From: Paraphysomonas bandaiensis | Lineage: Eukaryota > Protista > Chrysophyceae | NCBI GenBank assembly: GCA_965644295.1 | Contig: CBFFRP010000322.1 | Location: forward strand, 6,085 to 70,084 | Direction: 5' to 3' | DNA: 64,000 bases | Shown: piece by piece, positions 11,159 through 30,517 of the stretch | How positions within the stretch are numbered: the stretch's first letter is position 1 | Layout: every line of letters begins with the position of its first letter | Translations under genes and position numbers: made by a program | Notes under the pieces: generated by a model | The model's input: only the letters and a program-made list of their open reading frames with translations | Database searches by the model: none | Told to the model about the DNA's origin: nothing

Positions 11159-11599
11159 TTTGAGTTAAAACTGCTACACTGCTCCAGTATATAATATAGG
11201 TTTTATATTTTTCGGTTTTGAACTCGTACTACTGGTGACAGTACACACTAAAAGATCTGATTTTTATATGGGTGAATAATATGAGCTAATATTGTCACAC
11301 AGACTCTGAAATTAATGTTACTTATATTGGGTTATTGCGACCTACAGTATCCATTCCTATCTGGCGATAATGCTACGCTTATTTGAGTGGCATATCGCAA
11401 TTCCTGTTAAATAATAACGTCATGTTTTAATATTGATTCCATATCTCATCACTTTTATTATATGCTACCTTGCTTGAATGCACAACAACTTACTGTAATC
11501 CATCATTCATTGCAATCTTCACTCCATTGCCCTGTAGACAAGATTAGGTGAAATTATATATGCTCAAGATTTGTCGTTAATTTGCAGCAAACGCATGCA

Positions 11600-11644
11600 T
11601 GTGTATGTATGTATGTATGTATGTATATATGTATGTATGTATGT
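11600..11644. repeat. Short imperfect (TATG)n
   Basis: Direct reading. Confidence 0.85.
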
Positions 11645-12463
11645 GATAAGTATGAATAACAATATAAAACATAACTATCTTGCACAACGGAATAGTTAGA
11701 AGTGTAACTGATAATGACACGATCATGTATCTTCAACAGATACTCTCTCTAATTCAGTTTATGATATATTTCATTGAACATTATAACTCACAGATACTGT
11801 CATGTATTAAGCTGAATCCTGATACAGAAAAATATTTCAGATTTCTTCAATCTCCTGTGTATATATTTAAAATCATGAGTACTACTATAACAGGTTCACA
11901 ACAACACTAATATCTTTCAGGCAGTTTAAGATAATTGAAAAATATCCAGAATTGTAACATATTTTCCACAGGACTCGAAAGGTATTCGTATACGCAACAT
12001 ATGTTGCACTCAATGCTCTCCGTTTAGTTAATTTAATTAGCTAATCAATTAATTGGCAAGTAAGGGAACACAAATCAGTTGTTACGCGAGCCGCGAGCAT
12101 ATTACAGAGTGCTATATCACCCAAATTATTTCTTTAGGGGTAGTAGAGGATCAACAGACTTGCGTGACAATTAAATGGCTGTGAATTGGTGAGAGGTGTG
12201 GTTGAATAATATTTCCCATAATTAAAACTATATCCTAAGCATTGTCGAACCCATGTACTGTCACACAATTTTGGTTATTAATGATATAAGTAGCTGCCCG
12301 TATATGCTAATAGATAATGGGTTTTTGTTAGCTGTACATCTTATGATACTATATAAATGTCTGTTTATTAGCAATAGGCTTTTGAGATTCAGTACCAGCT
12401 TAGCAGCTAAATGAACATACTATAGTCAAAGCTGGATAAGTATCTACTATAAACTAACTGGTA

Positions 12464-12535
12464 TAACTCTAATATTCTACTGTTTAACGCTACGGAGTTG
12501 CTTGTGCGCAACCGCAAGCACCAAGTGTGACCACT
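12464..12535 (-). repeat. Dispersed repeat family, short terminal fragment (copy 2)
   Basis: TAACTCTAATATTCTACTGTTTAACGCTACGGAGTTGCTTGTGCG...GCAAGCACCAA is the reverse complement of the 3' end of copy 1, with mismatches. Confidence 0.7.
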
Positions 12536-14183
12536 TGAATATGTATGGAGAATTATCCGAGAGTGTAAGTCCTACGGGGTCGATACTCGTTTAGTCAGGG
12601 GGACGCCCTTTGGGGTAGAGCTCCGCTGGGTTGGGAGGGGGCACAGGATCCTATATTAGGGTGGTGAGCGTCCCAAGCGTGAGAGACCTGGGTGGAGGCG
12701 TAGGTCTAGGTTCTGAGTCATCATGAGGAAATGCAGCACGCAATTTATTGGCAGCAATAATTATCTATATAATTAATTAGCAACATTTACAGTCCAATTA
12801 ATACTACTATGTACAAAAACGTTTTATTGGCGTGCAGAGAATCATATATTCTAGTCTCATCATTAGAAATCAGAGTATCGTTTTCGGACCTAGTTAGGGA
12901 TTGATGTAGTGTCTCTATAATACAATATTTAATGATATGATATGAGTAAACAATATTATGGCAATATATTTTCCCGCGCCACACAGTGTGACAGTTTTTG
13001 CGTATCGTATTGACTAACATTATAACTATGAAAGTTGGATTCGGAATCACTAGTACCACAGACATTTAACTGCTATTTATTAGCACATTTTGAGTTCTGT
13101 ATCTCTTTTTAAGTATTTTCTTGACATGAGAAATATTTCTCGTCATGAGTACGCAATCATTTTAGAGGTAGTTGCGTTCGGTCGACTTGTAACCCTGCTT
13201 GAGAGGATGAAGAAACACTTTTTTCGTATTGAGTGTTCCAAAAACGAGTTGACTACCCCTTATAATATAAAAGAAGCTGCTTGTAGCATAGCCATTGTTA
13301 TGTAAGATAAACCTATGGAGTTGCAGGAAGCAGCTAGTACTCTTAATTCGTAGAGAATATTATTGAAGGATACGATCCTATTGAAGACACAGCCCAAGAA
13401 GACCAGGTAAAACTTATGGGTTAGCTCGATTAGATAGAGCAAGAAAACAATAATCTCGACTCCATCGAGGACCTTGTCCATGTGATGTACCTGCGCGAGT
13501 AAGAATAGAACGAAACAACTTGAAGCTTAACTGAATGAGTTCCCAAAAAATCATATTCTCTTATATTTGTTAGCTTACAATGAGAGTGATTGGCTCTTCT
13601 CGATAATACGCATGTCTCAAGGGGTGTGTGAGTGTATGTATGTGAGGAGGTGTGTAGCACTATTAACAGAGACCATCACATACATATATGAACACACATC
13701 ACTTCAGTGAAGGGGATGAAGGGGACATGGCGGTTGAGATGAAACTCATCATCTTCGGGTGTAGATATTATACATTCTCATCTCTGTTGATAGTTTACAG
13801 CAGCATCAAATGAAGATGCACCGTATGTATGATGACCATGTACACAGACAGGTCACTGTGGTGCATGATGGTATGCCATGCATACAGTGGTATGGGTATG
13901 TGTTGTGTCATAGGTAGGTACTGTACTGGTGGGTTTACAGTAGGGTGTAGGTAGGTACTGTATGTATGTACTCTAGGTAGGTACGCAGGTGTGGAAGGTG
14001 TTGGGAGTATTATTCCCTGCTGTACATCTCGACATCATACAGCAGCACCGAGTACAGTACATCACAGGCACCCACCTCCTCATCTAAGATATATACATAG
14101 CCATACGGATAGGGCGGATAGGTGACTGACATACCATACCATCATATCGTATTAACAATTCATTCCAGAGTCATATATATACA

Positions 14184-16309
14184 ATGATAACTTCTCTGAT
14201 CTCTACTATATTTTTTATTGTCTCTGTCACTGCGAGGTTACCCAGTAGCTCTCAGATCGAGAGAGCATTCACTGCTGATGGATGGCATATCACTGATAAC
14301 ATAACAACCACTAGAGGATACAGAGGGTTTTTTGTTCAATCAAACTATGCGACTACACTTGATAATGGACAACCTAAGAAAGCGTATTATGTGGAAGGGG
14401 AAGGGTATGATTTGGGGTACTTACATGGGGCTCTATCTGCTCGTGTGGGAGATGCTCGCTCCATGTGTGTGACATATGTGCATCATATCATTATTAACTT
14501 ACTGGATGAGACATGGGACGAAGAAATGGCAGCCAAGTGTGAAGGTTAGTGGTATAGAATTAACCATATGACACGTGTTTAATATGATGCAATGAACAGG
14601 TTGGGTGCCAGGAGTTCAAGAAAAGAGCAGTGATGGCATGTCATGTGAAGCATACGAAATGCTCTTAACATTTATGGAAAAATGGCTCATTGCTGGATCT
14701 GTTCACTCTTTTCACCACGAAAAGCAGAAGTTCCCCTCAGAGCTTATTGTTGAAATGGAAGCTTTTGTTGAAGGGGCACTATCGGAGGACGCAGATTGCG
14801 GATGTTCTTTCGACAAGTTGATTTACATCAATTATGGCATTGATTTCGTCATGTCTGCTCTTTATTCCGGAGAACTCCCTCATGTCATTGCAAGAGAGGC
14901 GGCGAAAGATCCTCGCGTCCCTTCCCACTTGGTATCAGAGTTTCAACGTTTGCCGGCGTCTGCATTCCGGGGCCCGTATTTCTGTAATTCTTTCGCAGTT
15001 AAGGGTGCCGCTACCGCATCAGGAGAAGATGTTTTCATGTCGAGGGACTTCCAGATGCCTACAGGTACGAACATAGGTCGGTGTATCTGTAACTAAAGCT
15101 GTCAACGCAGGCTTAGTGTACCAGGACACTGCCGCTGATATTATCTTCTTTCCGACAGACGGACGTCTTCCACATGTCTCGTCAGGGGCTCCAGGTTTCA
15201 TTGGTCGTGTGACTGTCATGAACAGTCGAGGCGTAGCCATGGGGGTTGATATGCTACGCGCCGCTCCATGCACTCCTGATTCCCCGGGTATGAATAGCTT
15301 GCTTCTTCTAAGGCATGTAGCGGACCGCGCATTAAACACACCGGATGCAGTAGAGTTAGTGGGAAGCACTGAGCGGGGCACAACTTGGTTATACCCTATA
15401 TGCGACATGCAAGGTGACTGTGTTACCATTGAGGCAGGGCGCTATACTGCTCCTGGTGAACCTTTCAATCCTCTCCAGTTCGTAAATTCCTCGGAGCTTC
15501 GAAATGCCTTGCCCTCAGAGGAGTTTTATGCCACTCACTCCTCGGACGATATATTCGACCGGTGCGATGCACTAAAATAAGTCTTTTTGTAGTATAACGT
15601 TTCTGTATTTCAATATTGCAGAGGTATGTATACACGCCCAATTGACTGGCGATTCCCAGAGGAGTACCTTGAGTTCAACAAGGGTTTGTATGATCTAGCT
15701 GGTGTACCATTCGATGATTCGGATGATGTGTGGGGAAAGACTGGGTATGTGTTTTCCACATTTGACGAGGAAAACGAAATTACTAAGACAGCATTACACA
15801 ATAACTTTTTCCCTCCCATGAGAGAGAATCTTCCCGACGTGCAACTTGTTTCTAACAATGCCATCGTGCCGGAATTTCGAACCTCTATGATGTCGTATGC
15901 TGGTAACTTCTGGGAGATTACTGCCCATGCAGCACAGTGGCGGTGCGGTGTTTGTTGCTGCCGCCTCTTATATTGACTAATGTGATATGATAACAGGTAT
16001 GATGATATCAATGCTCGGATTATGGAGTCATATGGTTCCATCGATGCTGCAAAGGCAATGGAAATCGCCTCCTTTCTGAGTCCACGTGTAACTCCGGGGT
16101 ATTGGACGAACACGATTAATGAATCAGGTCAGAAAGGATTTATCATATATGAACTCTCTAAATCCATAACTGCAGATCCTATGTCGGCTATCATTGAAGG
16201 AACTATAAATGTGATGCAATTGTCTAAGACTAAAGGCCTTAAGCTTGCATCCAAGACTGGATATTGGAGCGATGCCTGGACTCACATTACTCTGACGGAG
16301 TACTTGTAA
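14184..16309 (+). CDS. Secreted/lysosomal Ntn-hydrolase (peptidase C45 / acid ceramidase-like), multi-exon
   Basis: Signal peptide MITSLISTIFFIVSVTA; GEGYDLGYLHG; candidate nucleophile in YFCNSFAVKG followed by MSRDFQ; PGFIGRVTVMNSRGV; SNN motif. Confidence 0.8.
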
Positions 16310-17373
16310 GCAAGAAGACAATCAGGCTATTGCCATATTAAAAATGATATCTGTTGGGTGTTTACTCATGATTCAAGATTATACTTGAACTTTAACTTTC
16401 GGCATCATACAAAATTATGCGAATTGCTACTGGATTATAAAGTTAATAAATTTCACTCTTCAATAACTTGATAGACAAATGGTGTTGCGTGCAGTACAAG
16501 CGTACAAGCGTTTGTAAGCTTTATATATACTGGATTCTGGATTCTTGGTAGCCGTATCTAAATTTGTTCTAATTGTTGGTGCCCTATACTCTATATTAGA
16601 TAACCAACTAGTAGTACAATCTCTTTGGTATGACTTTTTCTTCGAGTTACTACAGACTATCGGTAGGATGATATTCTTGGCTGATTGAAATTGCCAAGTC
16701 ACGCTAACTTAGATATAAACAGAAAATCGAGAAAATAGGAATTTTGAAGACAATAATTGATATCATACTACATAGAAGGGGAAGGTTTCAGATTTTTTAT
16801 CCATGCTAATGGGATGAACAATGGGCGTGTATTTTACACTCACACTAGATGTATTTGACACTCCAACTGCTTTTATAAGTGTTTTAGTCTATCGTGATTG
16901 GACTGATATACTGATATTAATTATGGGTTAAGACAACTCGTTAAGGTCAGGAAAAAGCAGAGAGGGATGAGGTGACCCAAGCCGTCCAAGGAGGTTTCTG
17001 CTTAATATAGCTAGAATTTATAAATTCAGCTAGACAATTAGATACAATTTGTTTGAAAACATTGAGGTATTAGATGAAGAAACAATAAAACAATACAATA
17101 AAGTCGCAAATATACAAAGATAGAATCTTTATGAGTATTCACATAAAATTCTAGCCACACATAAACAGTAATAGTATAATACTAGTCTTCTGAAATGAAT
17201 CAAGGTCAAGGCTGCAATTCGGCTTTAAACTTCTATTTACTGAAGTAGTATGTAGTGCTATAGCAGAAGTCGGGGACTATATATAAACCAGTTCAGGCCA
17301 ATGAGCTCTATTTCCTTGCACTCATCTGGTACAAGCTGGATCAACAGTACGGCTTGACTGCGAGTAACCTCTA

Positions 17374-17440
17374 TATTTCACTATCATCGCCGTATACGTC
17401 CCTTGTTTGGAATTCCTCCTTAAATACGGAGCAGATAATT
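17374..17440 (+). pseudogene. Isolated ankyrin-repeat remnant
   Basis: *PLYFTIIAVYVPCLEFLLKYGADN matches the ankyrin consensus TPLHxA..G...cvelLLkxGAdvN but is preceded by an in-frame stop. Confidence 0.35.
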
Positions 17441-17859
17441 CGCTGTTCCTAGAAAGAAAAGATTCAATAGCACTTCTAAGCTCATCCGAATCGAAGCTGA
17501 CATTGTATTGGAAGAACATATCCATGCTAGTGCAACAATCATTTCGATCTTCACGCTGTTCCACCGACCAGGTCAGTAACGGTCCAGGATATGAAGCAAA
17601 AGTCAGTATTTACTTAATTTTCTAAAATATCTGGGGTTTTGACATGTTTTTCTATATTTGCTTGAAATCTACGTATCATGTGGTTGCACTACCCTTCATT
17701 GTATTAGACGAAAACTGAAATGTCGTTTTATGATTCGATTTTATGTGGTGGAGTGAGACTGTGTGTTGTTTTTTAGTTCATATGAGCCTATCATGCAGCC
17801 TATGAGTCTAACTAACCTTATCAATCATATTGGTATTGTTTCATTGAGAGAGCGCTGCC

Positions 17860-18580
17860 ATGGTTGTTAAGTAAGATATTTTGATAATTGTGTCTTTTAG
17901 AGATAATATGAGTTGTGTTGCAGAACTGATCTTTGCGCATTTAGCGAATTTAGAATATACCCTGGTCATGGAATGAAATTCATTCGCAGGGACGGCCAGG
18001 TTAAGCTTATGTCTACTGTACACCATACATGTGATCTAATTTCTTTTTTTATTTGTAGCCTATCTTCCTCTCTTCATCCAAATGCAAGCATATGGTGAAC
18101 CAGAGAAAGAAGCCCGCCAAGTTGATGTGGACCCAGTCTTGGAGACGCCTCAATAAGAAGGGCAAGGAAGAGGGTGCCACAAAGAAGAGGTAAATTTAGT
18201 ACTATTTAAATATACAATGCTGATATTTTATATTCATAGAACTCGCAAGGTTGTCAAAGCTCAGCGTGCCATCGTTGGTGCATCTCTTGAGGAGGTACGA
18301 TTCTAGCTCCTGGTGTGTTCTGTACTCATTTCGATATATAGCTCAAGAAGAAGAGACTCAGTTCCAAGCCTCAGGGTGTTGCCGCTGAGGCTGCATTAAA
18401 GTACGTTATGTTTGTATTAAATATTCCACATTTTTGAAAACATTACTCTATAGGGAGGTCAAGGGCCGCCAAAAGGCTGCTGGTGGTGCCAAGAACTACG
18501 CCACTGGCCCCCGTTCCAAGGCTAACGTCCCCAAGGTCCAGCGCTCTGCTGCTAACGCCAGAGGTGGAGCTAAGCGTTAA
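17860..18580 (+). CDS. RPL24: 60S ribosomal protein eL24, 6 exons
   Basis: Spliced: MVVK|TDLCAFSEFRIYPGHGMKFIRRDGQ|...KKPAKLMWTQSWRRLNKKG...QRAIVGASLEE. Five GT-AG introns of about 47-59 nt. Confidence 0.95.
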
Positions 18581-19188
18581 AAATCTGTTAACATCTCCAT
18601 GTAGCTACTTGGGACTGTGTTGTTTGAGTGTTTCGCAATGGACATAATATGCATGCGTTAATTAAATACACAGTTTACTCTCTCTATATCAGTAAAAGTT
18701 TTGTTTAGTACTTTATTGAATCCTTAGTTTGAAACAGGATACATATTATGAGATCAAATTCACTTTAATACGTTGGCTGTTGCCGTAGATTAGTTTCGTT
18801 AGTTCATTACTTGCGTTTTTTACAAACGTCTGCCACTTGCTAGCTGAAACGCGTGAGCCTATCTTACGTTAACTATCATCCGAATATTTGCTAAACATTT
18901 GCATTGTGAATAGTCGTAATGTTTTTTCGAGCTATGAATATCACATACCACATACAATGCAACAAAACTCTACCAAAACACATTCTTATTATGATCATTA
19001 CCTAGCCCAGGGACTTACTTAACTAATTCTACTAGCTACACACGACACTCTTATATACGCTATGCTGCAATATACGAAAGGCCAGAGCGAGCCAGTATTA
19101 CTTCATCTACAACTTCGAGTTTTGAAAAGGTAGATGAAATTCAAAAGATGCTAGTAAACGCCGCTACAGTAAACACCATTTAGAAGGC

Positions 19189-20308
19189 TCAAGAAACTTC
19201 CATATCAGTGGTAGGAGAGAGTGCCGCGGGAAGCACAGGCGTATCCTTGTTCTTGTGTGGGCGGAAAGACTCCTCCACAACGAAAGTAGTACCGGGAGGG
19301 GGGGTTAATTTGGTAGGGCGGGTGTATTTACTCTTGTACGACGAGGCATTGCCAGCCGCGTTTTCATAAGTGCGGAATCTTGACACCTCGCCATTTTTGC
19401 GAATCACAGTGATATCCACATTGGACCCAGATCCAAGATCGTTAAAGATACCTACGATACAAAGTTACATAAAGGCAAGCACACATGGGGAAGGAACGAA
19501 ATCGTTTCGGGTAAGAAGAATTGCAATGGTGGTGGCGTCTGCAACGCACCTGCTCGAATGGCGTCCTTGACGAGAGCTATACCCGCAGCCTCATCCATAT
19601 CTTCCACATATCTAGGTGTAGTAGAGACAATTACTGCATTGGTATAAATGATCTAATACAGAGACCGCACCTGGATTCGAACACGGCCATAGCTGCAAGG
19701 GATCCGGAGCCCATCGTCACATAGGGCAGTCGTTGAGTGGATCCATGAGGGAATATGCTGTACAGATGCGGGCCGTGCACATCCACTCCCCCTAATACTA
19801 GAGCGGCGCTGATATGACCCTGATATCTGCAAGACAGCAATAAAGGCTTAGCAAATGACGTTTGATACTTTCAAAGAAGTGTTAACCTGTATAGCATGCG
19901 CTTCAACATTGTAAGAGAAGTAACAACGCGAGATTGTGTTCCAGTAGACAAACGAAGCAATTCTAAATTCGACGCAATCAACTCGGTTGTTTTTTCGGTA
20001 TCGGCGGCTGTGCCTGCCCCACAACACCATATATTCGGGGCGAGGTAGTGAATCTTCTCACAGTTCTTATCCATGACTTCACTTCCACCTGTCGCACGAG
20101 TGTCCGCACCTAGAACAATCCCATCTTTTATTACAATTCCACATATAGTAGTCCCTGTTTTCCAGGCTTTAGGGATAGTCCCATTGTCCCCTCCCAGTTG
20201 CTTTGAAATCATCTGATTACGAGCGTATAAATCAAAGGAAAATCCCCCCTTTTCATTAATCAACTCATTGATTCGCTGGTTTCCTACGCTCTTATCAGTA
20301 ACCTCCAT
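19189..20308 (-). CDS. PSMB7: 20S proteasome subunit beta 2 (trypsin-like), multi-exon
   Basis: Propeptide GGFSFD, then KTG|[56 protein letters not shown]. Confidence 0.95.
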
Positions 20309-20593
20309 TTCTGCGTTTTCAAAGTAACGTATGTATGAGAGTTAATGTCTATGTTATGTGTGGGTAATTAATAATTATGATGGCATGCTTGTATGTGTAT
20401 GTATATGCAGCATACCACAGCGCGCATACAGCATACAGTATACAGCAGCAGACAGGCAGATCTACACATAACACTGCAAGAGAACTATTGCATAGGACAT
20501 ACAGCAGAATACAGCAAGTATTCCTAGTATATGATACATGTATATGAACACTGCTGTACCTGGTGTACTGGTACGTCTAGACGTACGTATATA

Positions 20594-20621
20594 TCAGCAG
20601 CAGCAGCAGCAGCAGCAGCAG
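20594..20621. repeat. (CAG)n, about 9 units
   Basis: Direct reading. Confidence 0.9.
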
Positions 20622-20646
20622 TACAGTACATATGACTGTGTATAGA

Positions 20647-20870
20647 GTGGGTGACTACCTAAATTGCATAAATACATAAATGCATAAAAAGTCTGGGATT
20701 ATAAAAATCTATTCAGACCCAGTTTCTGCATATGTTTATGCATATAGGATAGTTTGTACGAGGGGTCCGGAGGGGTCTCCTAAAAAATCATAAATCTGCA
20801 TAAATTCATGAGTTTATGCAGCCTATTTTTTATGCATTTATGTGTTTGTGCAATTTAGGTAGTCACCCAG
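20647..20870. mobile_element. MITE-like element of about 224 bp with about 43-bp terminal inverted repeats
   Basis: Left arm TGGGTGACTACCTAAATTGCATAAATACATAAATGCATAAAAA matches the reverse complement of the right arm (TGGGTGACTACCTAAATTGCACAAACACATAAATGCATAAAAA) with 2 mismatches. The right end is followed by TA. Confidence 0.8.
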
Positions 20871-21244
20871 TATCTACCTGTCAGAATTATACAGGAAATT
20901 TAGGAGCTTGATATACTATTTTTACAACACGAAATTTTACAATTACACCATAAAAAATTCTATTTTCAAAAACGACAATATTACTATTATACAAGAATAT
21001 GCACATATTTTTAAAATCGCAGTGGACGAAATTACAACAACTCCATATACTCTAGCTCAGATGGTGTGTGTGTATACTCCGTGATCTTCATGATCACAAT
21101 CATATTGACTAAATAAACTATATATCACACATACACTGCATTGTGGAGTAAGTCTTCTCTATAGATTGCTTCACTGCAGATATTAACGGACTCAGATATT
21201 GATCTGCAGTGTATTTAAAGGGATATTAGAGGACTGTATCAGCT

Positions 21245-27517
<6,273 letters not shown>

Positions 27518-28236
27518 AGTGCTCCAACAGAATAGAAGGCTTTAAAATTTTAAAGTGTATTCAGATTTCGAAATAGGCGTAGTAGCATCATTAGAATCTG
27601 AATAGTACTGCCTGTATCCGCATACATTTGCGTCTGTATATTTGTTAAGCAAAATAATTTTATTTGCAGCATATTAGGTACATATATTTGGGTACAGGAT
27701 TACTTCGCCTTCACTGTTATATAAAAGGAATATGGCAGTAAGGAAATATTTATTTTCTTCATATGGAATGATTCACTGTAAATAGTGTGTTATTCTAACT
27801 CTGATGCGTAGACAAGTGAAGTATCGTGCAGTACGTAAACATACGAAAAATATGAAAGCATGACCGTAGATTCTTTCATAAAATAAGCTAGTAGTATATA
27901 TGGAATGAGCCGAGAGTTGCGCTCTAATTTTGTAATAACCAGCTAGCGGCTTATTTTATCCTATGAGCTCTCTATTTTGCATATGCTTCGGCGTACTTTT
28001 TTATTTTATGTATGCAATGGTACAATTATTATTACCATTGATTATGAACCAAGATCTGCTGAATATTATGACAACGAAGTGATAGGTTTACTATTGATAC
28101 TTAACAGAAACAGACCAAGAAATATGAGTTTTATAATGTAGACTGGCAATGAAGAGTAATGATGAGAACAATGACTGATGATATTTACAGGTAGTGAATA
28201 TCTTATTATTAGCAATATGCGTTTTAGAGTCAGTGC

Positions 28237-28652
28237 TTAACTCTGATATCCTACTATTTAACGCTACGAAAGCTACTTGTGTGTCACGACAAGCACCAAG
28301 ATGCATTCGATCCCTCAAAACAAACGTAGTGAGCAAGCAGAATGTTGATATATCACACATCTGTTGATTTCAGGATTATTTGAGTCCTTAATGTGAACAG
28401 CCCGAATGCATGACTTCAGCAGGTAGCCCACTACTCCGGACGCCCTTGAGGTGGACCCATTCCCGGACGCCTGTTTGTCAAGGCCCAAAGACGTCAACAC
28501 AAGTGACACTCATTAGTATCCCTAGTACCACACAAGCATTCGGCTATGAGTGGGCTGAGCAATATATCTGCTGACTATACATGCGGCTCACGTTAGTTTC
28601 GTTACTATCCCCAGAACACCTCGAGAAGCTGCGAGTCCGACTTTGACGAGAG
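28237..28652 (-). repeat. Dispersed repeat family, copy 3 (most complete)
   Basis: Reverse complement of copy 1 at both ends (TTAACTCTGATATCCTACTATTTAACGCTACGAAAGC ... TGCGAGTCCGACTTTG). Confidence 0.85.
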
Positions 28653-28735
28653 GCATTTTCTGGACATTATAATGATGCGCAAACTGGAGAATTTATTGCA
28701 GAAATCAGGGTTTTATATCCATCCTGATAGATACG

Positions 28736-28904
28736 TACATACATACATACATACATACATACATACATACATACATACATACATACATACATACATACAT
28801 ACATACATACATACATACATACATACATACAAACATACATACATACATACATACATACATACATACATACATACATACATACATACATACATACATACAT
28901 ACAT
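28736..28904. repeat. (TACA)n microsatellite, about 42 units
   Basis: Direct reading; one variant unit near 28831. Confidence 0.99.
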
Positions 28905-28960
28905 GCTGTGTGTCAGCCTCATTGTATCTCTTCATATCTATATCGATCTATCTATACACT

Positions 28961-29929
28961 ATGATATCATGGGGTATTATCGGCTGCGGGGACGTTTGCG
29001 AAAAAAAAAGCGGTCCAGCCTTCCATTCCTCACACAGTCAGCTGACTGCAGTGATGCGGCGTAGCTCTCAGTTAGCCTGTGACTTTGCCAGTCGTCATAA
29101 CTCTAAGAGATGGTATTCATCAGCCGATCAACTGCTATCTGATCCTGATATAAATGCTGTATATATAGCGACCCCCCCTGTGTATCATAAGGACTATGCA
29201 GTGGATGCTCTCAATAGAGGGCTGCATGTATATATAGAGAAGCCGATAGCAATGAACTCTACAGAGAGTATACAGATCGCTCAGGCACTCAAAGAGTCAA
29301 ATGGACTTCTGTCTGTTGCTCATTATAGAAGAGAGTTGCCCTTGTTTAAAGATGTGAAGAGCATGTTGGATGATGGGCTTATCGGAGATATCAGGATGGC
29401 TCAGATTCGATGCTGGCAGACACCAGCATCCACACACCACTCATGGCGATACGATCCTAATATATCTGGCGGTGGGCTCTTTCATGATTTATCACCACAT
29501 CAAATCGATATTATGATATATTTTTTTGGTGTACCTTTGAACTTCCAGGGTTTCTCATCGACTCAAACTAGTGGGAGTTGTGCTGACATCGTTTGTGGCA
29601 ACATATGTTTTGAGCATAACATTATTTTCAATGGGTCTTGGTGCTTTACAGTCGCAGAAGGTAGTGCTGTTGACGAGTGCCTTATTATTGGTAGTGCTGG
29701 AAGCATAAAGTTTAATTTTTTTGGTGCCCGGGGAAAGGTAATTGTGGAGAAGTTAGGCAGTGCATCGGTGACCCACGAATATGATCATCCTACAGCAATC
29801 CAGCAACCAATGATTGAAAAGGTGACACAATATTTTATCAGCAAAGGAGAGGAGACGAACCCATGTAGTGTACATGATGCAATCAAAGTCATGGAGGTGA
29901 TGGATAGCTTCACAAGTAGGAGTGGATAG
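28961..29929 (+). CDS. Gfo/Idh/MocA family NAD(P)-dependent oxidoreductase, intronless
   Basis: ISWGIIGCGDV (Rossmann fold), DPDINAVYIATPP, HVYIEKP, WR..P.ISGGGLFHDLSPHQID. ATG at 28961, 322 aa. Confidence 0.92.
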   Translation: MISWGIIGCGDVCEKKSGPAFHSSHSQLTAVMRRSSQLACDFASRHNSKRWYSSADQLLSDPDINAVYIATPPVYHKDYAVDALNRGLHVYIEKPIAMNSTESIQIAQALKESNGLLSVAHYRRELPLFKDVKSMLDDGLIGDIRMAQIRCWQTPASTHHSWRYDPNISGGGLFHDLSPHQIDIMIYFFGVPLNFQGFSSTQTSGSCADIVCGNICFEHNIIFNGSWCFTVAEGSAVDECLIIGSAGSIKFNFFGARGKVIVEKLGSASVTHEYDHPTAIQQPMIEKVTQYFISKGEETNPCSVHDAIKVMEVMDSFTSRSG

Positions 29930-30517
29930 TTGTTTTACACAATACTGATATAATGTCATATCCCACTACTGTGATTCTTTGACATGCTTCGAGAGGAACA
30001 AACCCATACAATTGATAATCTGGAGTGATTTGGGTGGCGTTGGTAGACATTCTATTAGTTGTTATATGTTATTTTCTCCAATAGTGTGGTGGTATACCCC
30101 TTAGTGGTGGTTTACCCCTAAAGGTTATACCGATTAATTAGCATCAGCATTATTGGTTTTCAATACCCCTTCGCAAGGAGAGCAAATGTAAGGATGATTA
30201 TATTTTAATAGCAATTATTCGAAAAAATTAGGTGTGGATTGTAATCATTATTTTGCGATTGGTATAATGACTCCACTCCCCCCTGACACTGAGCCGGTGG
30301 TAGTATATAAACCGGTAGCGTAAGAGTTCTTTATTTGGTTGAAGAAATTTCACTCACAAGCCACAATATAAAAAATAAATTTAAAAAAATATCGAGTCAT
30401 ATTACACCTCACTAACTAATCTGTGAAAAAGCTAAACCGGTCCATTTTGCTTCGCCCGAATCTGTTTCTGCTCACCAAAAATGCCGTGGGCATTTCGATC
30501 ATTTTTTCTTCAATATA

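Noticed and set aside
13290-13502. Alternative genetic code (TAA/TAG read as Gln)
   Set aside because: Conserved genes such as RPL24, GCN2 and the SDR end at TAA/TAG and have no internal ones; in-frame stops occur only in decayed relics.
30085-30122. Two-copy 19-bp direct repeat GTGGTGGT(A/T)TACCCCT
   Set aside because: A simple local duplication with no further structure.
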